Shown here one piece after another: positions 1 to 7,808 of a stretch of DNA of 64,000 bases. The stretch comes from a bacterium (GTDB lineage: Bacteria > Patescibacteriota > Saccharimonadia > Saccharimonadales > SZUA-47), in assembly GCA_030428125.1 (NCBI GenBank), contig JAUIBF010000001.1, positions 78,102 to 142,101 of the forward strand. The letters are read 5' to 3'. The position numbers were made by a program, and so were the translations under genes. The notes beneath the pieces are model-generated. The model was given only the letters and a program-made list of their open reading frames with translations. It did no database searches and had not been told where the DNA came from. Each line of letters starts with the position of its first letter. Position 1 is the stretch's first letter.

Positions 1-345
1 GTATTTTTTAGGTATCTGAAGACTGAACCCTTTTCCATACCAGAAGTAATCTTTAACTTCTAGTACACCAGCCAAGATAACCAATGCTCCAACAGCGATA
101 CTCAAGTATTCGGCTATTACAATAGGTATGGTAGAGAAGAAATAAACCAAGCCAAGTCCTGCAATTAGGTAGGTGGCGAATATCGCAAAAATATAAGCAC
201 CACCAACGGTCAACAATCTCCTGGCAGAGCCGCCTTGGCCCAATATAACTGACACCATCAGGATAAGAACACCTATTGCGCATGGGTTGATTGAGTCAAT
301 TGCAGCTGCTCCTAATACAATTCCAACCTGTGGCAGATCTAACAT
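1..345 (-). CDS. DsbD/CcdA-family thiol-disulfide transmembrane protein, 5' part only (gene continues past left edge)
   Basis: Not in the ORF track because no stop lies in the window. Manual minus-strand translation from ATG (345-343) gives MLDLPQVGIVLGAAAIDSINPCAIGVLILMVSVILGQGG... It has consecutive hydrophobic helices and an INPC motif as in CcdA/DsbD membrane domains. GGAGGGA Shine-Dalgarno on complement of 354-360. The start overlaps the upstream stop (TAATG). Confidence 0.6.
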   Translation of the reverse strand, partial: MLDLPQVGIVLGAAAIDSINPCAIGVLILMVSVILGQGGSARRLLTVGGAYIFAIFATYLIAGLGLVYFFSTIPIVIAEYLSIAVGALVILAGVLEVKDYFWYGKGFSLQIPKKY

Positions 346-1379
346 TACAGTTCTCCCTCCGTATCTCTACATTCTTCTGGAGGCAATCCATCAGGCCCAA
401 CTCCGACCAGCTCGCAGTGATTGTTATGGGTTTGTTGGTCGTGTGCTTCATGATCAGCGTCTATCATTTCTAGTTCGGTGCCAACCTCGGTAATGTTGCA
501 GAGATCCGGATTGAATTCACTGACTCCAAATTCTGTACATCTTTCTGAATCCCTTACGCCGTACTGTTCACAAAGTTTGTCGGTATAGTTTTTAGATGGG
601 CCAAACTCAACGATTAGACAATCACCTGGAGGAACAACAGACTCATCGCGCATTATGTAACGACCCGGTTCTTCAAGCTTTTCTTGGTAATATGTGTCAT
701 TTTCTATGTTGAATCTATACACAAAAGCTTGTACTTCTCCAGGCACTCCGTCGCCACAGTCTTGACCGTTTGCTGCAGAAATAACTGCCTTGCCATTCTC
801 GTCACGTTGCATCAAGCCTCTAGCACCGGCTTGGTTTCCTGAAGGAACGTCACCGTCTACGTCATTTTCAAACAGCCAATCCTCAGTGGCTATGGTTATT
901 GAATTATCAGTAATGCTACCATCTGTTACGTCCATGAATTTTTCTAACGATGCATCATACTCTTTCTCAATAACTACGCCTTCTAAATGGATTCGCTTAT
1001 CGTCGTGTTCGTGATAGGTACTGGTTCCGATTTTATTACTCAAGAACTCGTAAGGATCTCGCAGCTCAATTTCTTCGCCACAGACCCAGAACTCTATGTC
1101 TGTATGCCAGTGCACAGGTCCCTTGGATTCTGAAATAGTATTAATGTAAACAGTGGATCCGATTAAAAGCAGGGAAGGAAAGATTATTGTAGCTGCAATT
1201 GCTAAGAATAATGGAGTTTTAACTGAGTGGAATTTCTTGTTTCTGACCACTCTAGAAGCGATAAGTAAAAGCACAACTAATACAAGTGATGCAATCAAGA
1301 TTACCTTTATACTGAAGGAATTAATTTGCCCCTCAATATCATTAGCTGTGTTTGCGAAAATCTGAAGCGTTTCTAGCAT
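345..1379 (-). CDS. Membrane-anchored extracytoplasmic Cys/His-rich protein, function unknown
   Basis: ORF track 345..1403 begins at TTG; the first ATG is at 1379 (MLETLQIF...). One N-terminal TM helix (VILIASLVLVVLLLIA), then an acidic domain with His motifs HWHTDIEFWVCGEE and YHEHDDKRIHLEG and 8 Cys. Translationally coupled to the CcdA-like gene. Confidence 0.6.
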   Translation of the reverse strand: MLETLQIFANTANDIEGQINSFSIKVILIASLVLVVLLLIASRVVRNKKFHSVKTPLFLAIAATIIFPSLLLIGSTVYINTISESKGPVHWHTDIEFWVCGEEIELRDPYEFLSNKIGTSTYHEHDDKRIHLEGVVIEKEYDASLEKFMDVTDGSITDNSITIATEDWLFENDVDGDVPSGNQAGARGLMQRDENGKAVISAANGQDCGDGVPGEVQAFVYRFNIENDTYYQEKLEEPGRYIMRDESVVPPGDCLIVEFGPSKNYTDKLCEQYGVRDSERCTEFGVSEFNPDLCNITEVGTELEMIDADHEAHDQQTHNNHCELVGVGPDGLPPEECRDTEGEL

Positions 1380-1471
1380 ATTTGTTTGTATAAAACCCAC
1401 CAATTAAAATTGCTTATGTTTCAAAAGCACTATACCATGAGTATAATCAGGGGGGCAACAAGAAAAATAAA

Positions 1472-4396
1472 ATGAACACATGGTTTCAAAAACACGTCGA
1501 TGATGTACTTAGCGAACAGCATGTCGACTTCTCCGATGGCTTGTCTGTCGGGGAGGCGAAAAATCGTATAGATAAGTTCGGCAAAAATCAGCTTGAAGCA
1601 AGTAAAAAAATCAATCCCATATCTCTGTTTTTTGGGCAGTTTAAGGACGTCCTGGTCATAATACTGCTAGTTGCAGCTTTGGTTTCTTGGGGTGTTGGTC
1701 TGGTCGGGGAAGGCGAGTCGTACGTTGAGCCTTCAGATTCTCAGCTTATTGCATATCAAACTAAGGTTTGCGAAGGAGAAAGTGGTCAAGGGGTAAGTAA
1801 AGAATGCTCAGATACTCTAAATGCAATTAGGCCAGACAGTGATACTAAATTGGTTTGTAGCGAGTCCAACAAGTGCAAGGTCGTAGGTGTTAACGAGCAC
1901 GAAGAAGATTCTAGTTCAGAAGGAGCTCAAGAAGCGTTACTTATTTTTGCCATTGTAATCGCTATCGCGATAATAGGTTTCTTTAATGAATATAAGGCAG
2001 AAAAAACAGTAGAAGCACTTAAGAAACTGGTAGGACAAAGCGCAACAGTTAGAAGAGGTGGGAAAATAATCGAGGTAGACGCTGTAGATATAGTACCGGG
2101 AGATATCGTACTGCTTGAAGAAGGAGCAAAAGTACCGGCGGATATTAGACTTGTTCAGGTTAGAAACTTGCAGATAAACGAAGCATCGCTAACTGGAGAA
2201 AGCTTGCCGGTCTCTAAACACGAGAAGCTCATATCTAAAGATGCATCGTTAGGGGATCAAAAAAACATGGCCTTTGCCGGCACGTTCGTAACTCAAGGTA
2301 CGGCAGAGGGAGTCGTGGTGGAGACTGCCCAAAAGACAGAACTTGGTAAAATCGCTAGTCTTGTTAACGATGTTGAGACAGAAGAAACACCAATGCAGAA
2401 AAAGCTTGATGACCTAGGAAAAAAATTAGGAATTTTAATACTTGCTATATGTGCAGTTGTTTTTGTTATCGTCCTTTTCCTAGTTGATGAAGCTAAAGAC
2501 AAAGAGTTCATACAGAGGATGATATTTGCCTTTACTGCTGCAGTTGCACTTGCTGTCGCAGCCATACCTGAAGGTTTGGCGTTTGTTGTGCGAATCAGCT
2601 TAGCGCTTGGTGCGCGTAGAATGGCAAGCAAAAAAGGCTTAGTAAGAAAGCTAAGTGCTGTCGAAGCACTAGGTTCGACAGATGTTATATGTTCTGACAA
2701 AACTGGAACTTTAACCAAGGGCGAGATGACGGTTAGGGAGATTGTAGCTGGAGGTGCCTCGTACGAAGTGTCAGGTAGTGGGTACTCACTCCACGGTGAC
2801 TTTACTGGCGAAAATGGTTCTAAAAAACTAACTAAAGCTCACGAACAACTACTATTAATTGGTGCTATTTGTAACAATGCTCGTCTAAAGGACGACAAAG
2901 TTATGGGAGACCCGACTGAGGGCTCCTTGCTAGTATCGGCTGGAAAAACAGGGCTATCTTACGAGAAAGAACAGAAAAACTACAAAAGAGTCGACGAAGT
3001 TCCGTTTACAAGCGACAGGAAATTCATGAGCACAGTTCATACTACAAAATCAGGATTTTTAGTAGCGTCTAAAGGCGCAGTTGAGGTCACGCTCAATAAC
3101 TGTTCGCACATGATCGACGCAAAAGGCAAAAAGGTTAAGCTTACTCCAAAGGACAAAAAAGCAATCCTAGAGCAAAATAAAGAGCTTAGCTCAAAAGCTT
3201 TGCGAGTACTTGCTTTCGCGCAAAAAGAAGTAAAAACTCAACCAAAAGGCGCCAAGCAAATCGAGAAAGACCTGGTGTTTATTGGCTTGCAGGCCATGAT
3301 GGATCCACCACGCGAAGAGGTAATCCAGGTTGTGCATAGAGTCCAGGCTGAAGCGGGCATGAGAGTCATTATGATCACAGGGGACTATATTGAAACGGCA
3401 AAGGCTGTAGCGCACGAAATAGGCATCCAGGGTGAAGCCATTAGTGGCGTTGAACTCGAAGAGATGAGTCAAAAAGAATTTGAACAAAAAGTTGAAGAAA
3501 TATCTGTATATGCTCGAGTGAATCCTGAACACAAGATCAGAATTGTTAAAGCTCTTAAATCTCACGGTCACCAAGTAGCGATGACTGGAGATGGTGTGAA
3601 CGATGCGCCTGCTATAAAGGCTGCCGATATCGGTATCGCCATGGGCATTAACGGTACGGATGCTGCCAAAGAAGCAGCCGACCTAATTTTGCTGGATGAT
3701 AAATTTGTAACGATCATCAACGCAATCGAAGAAGGGCGTGGAATATTTGATAACGTTCGCAAGTTCGTCAACTTCTTGATTAGCTGTAATATAGCGGAAG
3801 TGCTCGTAATTTTGTTTGGAATATTATTCTTTAATAACTTGCTTTTAACCGCAGCCCAGCTACTGTTCATTAATATAGTAACTGACGGATTGCCAGCAGT
3901 CGCACTCGGCTCTGACCCAACCAGAGCCGATGCTCTAAAAGCGAAGCCAAGTAGATTCCAAGAAGCAATCTTAACCAAGAGAGTATGGACAGAAATATTC
4001 ATATTCGGATTCATGATGACTGCTGTCATGCTTGTGCAGTACTGGTACAACCGAACCCACGAAGGACAGATCGAAGCAGTCTCAGCTGCGTTCACGGCAA
4101 TGGTTGTTTACGAACTCGTGAGGCTAATAGATATACGAACAGATTACAAAATTAAGTGGTTTTCAAATCCAATGCTTACAGTTGCAATGTTAATATCGAT
4201 TGCGCTGCAGTTCGCAGTGCTGTATGTACCAGGAATGGCGAAATACTTTGGAGTAGGTCCACTGTCTACGCATGATTGGGTATTTATGGCCGTCGGCTCA
4301 GTACTATTGTTCGTTATGATGAAGCTAATAAACCCGGTACTCGATAGAGTCGTGGGCATAGAAAACCATTCGCACAGCCAAACTCTTAAGGCGTAA
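1472..4396 (+). CDS. P-type cation-transporting ATPase (P2 / Ca2+-ATPase-like)
   Basis: 974-aa ORF. Actuator LTGES, phosphorylation site ICSDKTGTLT, hinge MTGDGVNDAPAIK, M4 IPEGLA and M6 NIVTDGLPA as in P2-type pumps. About 10 TM segments by eye. Confidence 0.9.
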   Translation: MNTWFQKHVDDVLSEQHVDFSDGLSVGEAKNRIDKFGKNQLEASKKINPISLFFGQFKDVLVIILLVAALVSWGVGLVGEGESYVEPSDSQLIAYQTKVCEGESGQGVSKECSDTLNAIRPDSDTKLVCSESNKCKVVGVNEHEEDSSSEGAQEALLIFAIVIAIAIIGFFNEYKAEKTVEALKKLVGQSATVRRGGKIIEVDAVDIVPGDIVLLEEGAKVPADIRLVQVRNLQINEASLTGESLPVSKHEKLISKDASLGDQKNMAFAGTFVTQGTAEGVVVETAQKTELGKIASLVNDVETEETPMQKKLDDLGKKLGILILAICAVVFVIVLFLVDEAKDKEFIQRMIFAFTAAVALAVAAIPEGLAFVVRISLALGARRMASKKGLVRKLSAVEALGSTDVICSDKTGTLTKGEMTVREIVAGGASYEVSGSGYSLHGDFTGENGSKKLTKAHEQLLLIGAICNNARLKDDKVMGDPTEGSLLVSAGKTGLSYEKEQKNYKRVDEVPFTSDRKFMSTVHTTKSGFLVASKGAVEVTLNNCSHMIDAKGKKVKLTPKDKKAILEQNKELSSKALRVLAFAQKEVKTQPKGAKQIEKDLVFIGLQAMMDPPREEVIQVVHRVQAEAGMRVIMITGDYIETAKAVAHEIGIQGEAISGVELEEMSQKEFEQKVEEISVYARVNPEHKIRIVKALKSHGHQVAMTGDGVNDAPAIKAADIGIAMGINGTDAAKEAADLILLDDKFVTIINAIEEGRGIFDNVRKFVNFLISCNIAEVLVILFGILFFNNLLLTAAQLLFINIVTDGLPAVALGSDPTRADALKAKPSRFQEAILTKRVWTEIFIFGFMMTAVMLVQYWYNRTHEGQIEAVSAAFTAMVVYELVRLIDIRTDYKIKWFSNPMLTVAMLISIALQFAVLYVPGMAKYFGVGPLSTHDWVFMAVGSVLLFVMMKLINPVLDRVVGIENHSHSQTLKA

Positions 4397-4420
4397 ATTC
4401 AAGCATTTAGTAAAATAGTA

Positions 4421-4449
4421 TTGACAAAAATCAAAGCATAAGCTATAAT
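4421..4449 (+). promoter_or_regulatory. Consensus sigma70-type promoter upstream of the 47-aa ORF
   Basis: TTGACA (4421-4426), 17-nt spacer, TATAAT (4444-4449). Both hexamers and the spacing match the consensus exactly. Confidence 0.6.
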
Positions 4450-4516
4450 AGTGCTCAGTTGATTAAAAAACAAAAAACATCAACAAACATTAAAAACTAA
4501 GTAAAGGAAAAAGATC

Positions 4517-4660
4517 ATGGCTTTCGGACTAGGATCAAAGCACAAAGAAGCTAAGGCTCAAAAGAGCAATAGCAAGAAAAGTGCACAAGCAGACGAAGCA
4601 GCAGAAATCTTGAAAAAGATGGAAGCTAAAAAAGACGACGGCGAATGTGCATTTTGTTAA
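4517..4660 (+). CDS. Small hydrophilic 47-aa protein ending in CAFC, unknown function
   Basis: Below the ORF-track cutoff. Manual translation: MAFGLGSKHKEAKAQKSNSKKSAQADEAAEILKKMEAKKDDGECAFC, stop TAA 4658-4660. Purine tract AAAGGAAAAAG precedes the ATG. Bracketed by a consensus promoter and a 9-bp hairpin at 4673-4695. Confidence 0.5.
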   Translation: MAFGLGSKHKEAKAQKSNSKKSAQADEAAEILKKMEAKKDDGECAFC

Positions 4661-4667
4661 CGCAAAG

Positions 4668-4750
4668 CTCTTGAGAGGAGGGGATTCCTCCTCTCTAACT
4701 CAGCCGGGCAACTGTCATGAAACAGATTGCTCGGTCTACTCACCACCCAT
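4668..4750 (+). repeat. Structured 3' intergenic element, copy C (of 3)
   Basis: CTCTTGAG lead-in. Hairpin 1 is GAGAGGAGG-ggatt-CCTCCTCTC (4673-4695). Imperfect hairpin 2 is CCGGGCAACTGT...ACAGATTGCTCGG. C-rich tail GTCTACTCACCACCC (4734-4748). It shares this order of parts and several strings with the copies at 21737 and 23441. Confidence 0.5.
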
Positions 4751-5147
4751 ACAGATAAATTTATACGAAATAAATTCGAATAAATTTCATAACAATTGGT
4801 AGGAACGAGTAATTTTATAAAACTTTTTCAAAAAAAGTTAAACAAAAATAGAATTGCTCGCAACCCATCAAAGTAACGATAAGAATAATTTAAGTAATAT
4901 AGAAAATATATTCTAATAAATAATACTTATCATTACAGAAAAATCACTAAACTGCAGTAAGTGAATAAAAACAAAAAAAGAAAGGAAAACATCACTTTTA
5001 AATATAAAAGTGAATAAGAACGAAGATGAGCTACGAACAGCAAGATACGAAAAGTAAATTAGTAAAACTTTTTGATCGTCTATACGAGATCTAAATATAC
5101 GACTAAGAACTATAAATACGATTAAACAAATCTGCAGAATATAAATA

Positions 5148-5190
5148 AACTTCCTCGAATGTACTTTGGTCAGTCACAATCGAGGAAGTT
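5148..5190 (-). terminator. Hairpin downstream of the 5198-6022 gene
   Basis: Perfect 10-bp inverted repeat AACTTCCTCG (5148-5157) / CGAGGAAGTT (5181-5190), followed by a T/A-rich tract on the minus strand. The loop is large (23 nt). Confidence 0.5.
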
Positions 5191-5197
5191 TTATTAA

Positions 5198-6022
5198 TTA
5201 GAATACGGCGACAATTAATAAACTAAATATAGTTGCTAGTAATATGAATCCCAGGAAAATTAGTATGCCTATGTAGTTTAACCAGTGAGTTTTGGGTGGT
5301 TTTTTGTCGCCAAGAGATTTAAGTTGACTGACGCTTAACGACAAACCGCATGCTTGTAACGAGGACCCAACGAAAGGTATGATTCCTCCGACAGTTATAA
5401 TTCCAAAAACTTCCATCAAGTGACCTCTATAAAGTTTTTTAGATTTTTCTATAGCAGCATCAGAACCGATATCTTCTGACATGATTATATAGGGTAGAGC
5501 AGAGTATCTTAGAGCTGCCCTAATGCCCGGTACTATAAACAATAGAAGTCCACCTATTGTCTTGACGGTGGCCATTAATAAGGCCAAGTATAAAATGCCA
5601 AATTTCCCACCCATTTTGCGCATTGCTTCCCAGATAGAGATCTTTTCTTTTTTCATGGCTGCATTTGCAGCTGCAGCGACAGTGCCACTATAGATAGTGT
5701 TGAACAATGTTACCAGTAGTACGCCTAGGGTGAATGCTATTACTGCAGTCGAGGCAATAAATACAAACAGTGAAGTTTCATCCTCAATCTCAACTTCATT
5801 TATCGAATCTTCTGATTCAATTATTAAAGTGTTGTTTTCGTAGGTTATTTGAGTGTCATCTGTGCCATTGCTATTTGTTAAATCTGCAATATTAGTCACC
5901 GCGCCAAACATAGACAGGACCACTAAAGTGATGAATACACTTCTAGCGTATTGAACGAATCTATCCATGCCGCTAAAAGTTATCGAGAAGGGGTTTGATT
6001 CATACTTTTCCGTCTTTTTCAT
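5198..6022 (-). CDS. Integral membrane protein, unknown function
   Basis: ORF track 5198..6079. The internal ATG (MKKTEKYESNPF...) at 6022 is preferred because the longer form runs into the tRNA promoter. At least 5 hydrophobic helices. No recognisable catalytic motif. Confidence 0.55.
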   Translation of the reverse strand: MKKTEKYESNPFSITFSGMDRFVQYARSVFITLVVLSMFGAVTNIADLTNSNGTDDTQITYENNTLIIESEDSINEVEIEDETSLFVFIASTAVIAFTLGVLLVTLFNTIYSGTVAAAANAAMKKEKISIWEAMRKMGGKFGILYLALLMATVKTIGGLLLFIVPGIRAALRYSALPYIIMSEDIGSDAAIEKSKKLYRGHLMEVFGIITVGGIIPFVGSSLQACGLSLSVSQLKSLGDKKPPKTHWLNYIGILIFLGFILLATIFSLLIVAVF

Positions 6023-6084
6023 GTCTTTATCGTACCTGAAAACCATACCGAAATAAATAAAGGTAGAAATTAATGGCAAAAACT

Positions 6085-6103
6085 GTTACAATCTACCTCT
6101 GTT
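6085..6103 (+). promoter_or_regulatory. tRNA promoter: extended -10 (TGtTACAAT) followed by ACCTCTGTT motif
   Basis: TG at 6085-6086, TACAAT at 6087-6092, ACCTCTGTT at 6095-6103, 8 nt before the tRNA 5' end. The same -10-proximal motif occurs at the other three tRNA transcription units. Confidence 0.5.
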
Positions 6104-6110
6104 AGAACAA

Positions 6111-6187
6111 GGCAGGATAGCTCAGATGGTTAGAGCGCAGGACTCATAAGCCTGAGGTCCCGAGTTCGATCCTCGGTCCTGCTACCA
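6111..6187 (+). tRNA. tRNA with CAT anticodon (elongator Met or lysidine-modified Ile2)
   Basis: Cloverleaf by eye. Acceptor GGCAGGA/TCCTGCT (G1-U72), D arm GCTC/GAGC, anticodon loop CTCATAA, T arm CCGAG-TTCGATC-CTCGG, encoded CCA. Confidence 0.9.
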
Positions 6188-6196
6188 AATAAAGAC

Positions 6197-6219
6197 CGTC
6201 CCATCTCGGGGCGTTTTTT
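6197..6219 (+). terminator. Rho-independent terminator after the tRNA (also faces the convergent HD gene)
   Basis: CGTCCC-atctc-GGGGCG stem followed by TTTTTT (6214-6219). Confidence 0.7.
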
Positions 6220-6838
6220 ATTTAACTACTTTGTCCGTATTAAAATAATCATCATGGGCTAGCACTTCTTTTCGTAGCTCTTTCCATATCAAATTCACTT
6301 CTTCAAACGCACGGGCTTTTTCGTCTTTATTAGCAACGACATCTTTTCGCTTAATATTGTATTTTTTCCAGGTATGACCCCCGGTTATTAAGTTTAGCTG
6401 CATAGGTAAAACTTTATCCAAAGCATAAACGAACAGCGCTTCGTTAGTGTCTTTTTTTTCGTATTCACGAATGGTTGCCGTCATTTCCGGGAAGTCGGGC
6501 CACTCCTCTTCCAGTTTATTTAGCGCTTCTTGTTCTCTGAGTCGTTTCTTCATTTCCTGTTCTTTTGTTCTACCTATAGCCATTTCATCTCCAGCGTGTA
6601 GTTCGACGATGTCGTGTGCTAGGGCAAATCTCATCGCCTTATCTCTGTCTATATTTGGAATAAATTGACTCAAATACCACGTAGACATGGCTAAGCTATA
6701 ACTGTGTTCGCTATCATTTTCCTTTCGGAATTCTTTATTAGAGTCGGGAATGTAAATTTTTCTTTTGATGTTAGAAAAATCTGCCAAAGCAGTCATCAAA
6801 TCTCTTAATCTTTTAGCGTGTAGTTTTGCATCTGTCAT
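6218..6838 (-). CDS. HD-domain phosphohydrolase (YfbR-like 5'-nucleotidase family)
   Basis: ENDSEHSYSLA ... FALAHDIVELHAGD gives the H...HD...D metal-binding pattern. The ORF-track start (6865) is TTG and would overlap tilS. ATG at 6838 (MTDAKLH...) is preferred. Confidence 0.65.
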   Translation of the reverse strand: MTDAKLHAKRLRDLMTALADFSNIKRKIYIPDSNKEFRKENDSEHSYSLAMSTWYLSQFIPNIDRDKAMRFALAHDIVELHAGDEMAIGRTKEQEMKKRLREQEALNKLEEEWPDFPEMTATIREYEKKDTNEALFVYALDKVLPMQLNLITGGHTWKKYNIKRKDVVANKDEKARAFEEVNLIWKELRKEVLAHDDYFNTDKVVK

Positions 6839-6853
6839 TGGTATTATTATTGC

Positions 6854-7717
6854 ATGCTCCCACAAAAATATGTGATTGCCGTATCTGGCGGTGTTGATTC
6901 AGTGGTTTTACTAGATATGTTGGCAACCAGAAAGCCAGAAAATATTAGTTATATTGTTGCTCACTTTGATCATGGAATTCGCGAAGACTCTAGTGACGAT
7001 TTAGATTTTGTTCGAAGCCTGGCTAAAAAATATGACTTAAATTTTATTTCAGAAAGTGGACAACTCGGTCCTGGCGTAAGCGAGGAAACTGCTCGTGAAG
7101 CCAGGTATGGGTTTTTAAGAAGAATAAAAAACGAGTTTAAGGCAGAAAAAATCGTAACTGCTCATCACCAGGATGACTTATTAGAAACCATGGTAATTAA
7201 TATTCTGCGTGGGACTAGTCCGCGTGGCTTAGCGCCGATGCGGGGGCATAAAGACATCCTTCGTCCTTTAATAAACAAGCAGAAAAGTGAACTCATTAAC
7301 TATGCCAGGGAAAATAAACTAGAGTGGCGAGAAGATTCGACAAATCTGGACGAAAAATATTTACGCAACTATGTGCGTATTAAAATCATGCCCGAACTAG
7401 AAAGTAAAAGAGAATACCTATTGGAACTTAATAAAAGAATCGAAAAAATATACATAGACATAGATTTGCGAGTAGATGGGCTTTTATACGGCCAGAAAGT
7501 TTTGTATAGACCTAGATTTTTGACTCTTCCCTATGTCGTTCAGCTAGAAATGACCAGAGCGTGGCTAATTAAGGCAGGTGTAAAAGATCTAGACAGAAAG
7601 ACGATTGAACGTATAACCAATGCTATTAAAACTTTGCCGACAAGCAAGAAAATCGACATCGATAATTCCAGATGGCTACAATCAGAAAAAGAAAATGTAT
7701 TGATTACTTCAAAATAA
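6854..7717 (+). CDS. tilS: tRNA(Ile)-lysidine synthetase, short form
   Basis: PP-loop VIAVSGGVDSVVLLDML, then HFDHGIR and TAHHQDD blocks typical of TilS. At 287 aa it lacks the long C-terminal domain. Confidence 0.85.
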   Translation: MLPQKYVIAVSGGVDSVVLLDMLATRKPENISYIVAHFDHGIREDSSDDLDFVRSLAKKYDLNFISESGQLGPGVSEETAREARYGFLRRIKNEFKAEKIVTAHHQDDLLETMVINILRGTSPRGLAPMRGHKDILRPLINKQKSELINYARENKLEWREDSTNLDEKYLRNYVRIKIMPELESKREYLLELNKRIEKIYIDIDLRVDGLLYGQKVLYRPRFLTLPYVVQLEMTRAWLIKAGVKDLDRKTIERITNAIKTLPTSKKIDIDNSRWLQSEKENVLITSK

Positions 7718-7808
7718 TAAGGGGTTGTAAGGTATAATCGATTTATAAGAAGTTAGTAAGCTAGAATGCTGACAAAATAATGCCATACGCAAAGGAATTA
7801 AATTAGGG

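Noticed and set aside
53-283. 76-aa minus-strand ORF from the track (MRNRCSYPDGVSY...)
   Set aside because: Its composition is implausible (Cys/Trp/Arg-rich). A different minus-strand frame across 1-345 encodes a clean CcdA/DsbD-like membrane protein with an SD and start/stop coupling, so the track ORF is an out-of-frame shadow.
4754-4787. Three AATAAATT words considered as iterons or a replication origin
   Set aside because: They are short AT-only words in a very AT-rich tract with irregular spacing (15 and 10 nt), and there are no DnaA boxes. They are not distinguishable from chance.
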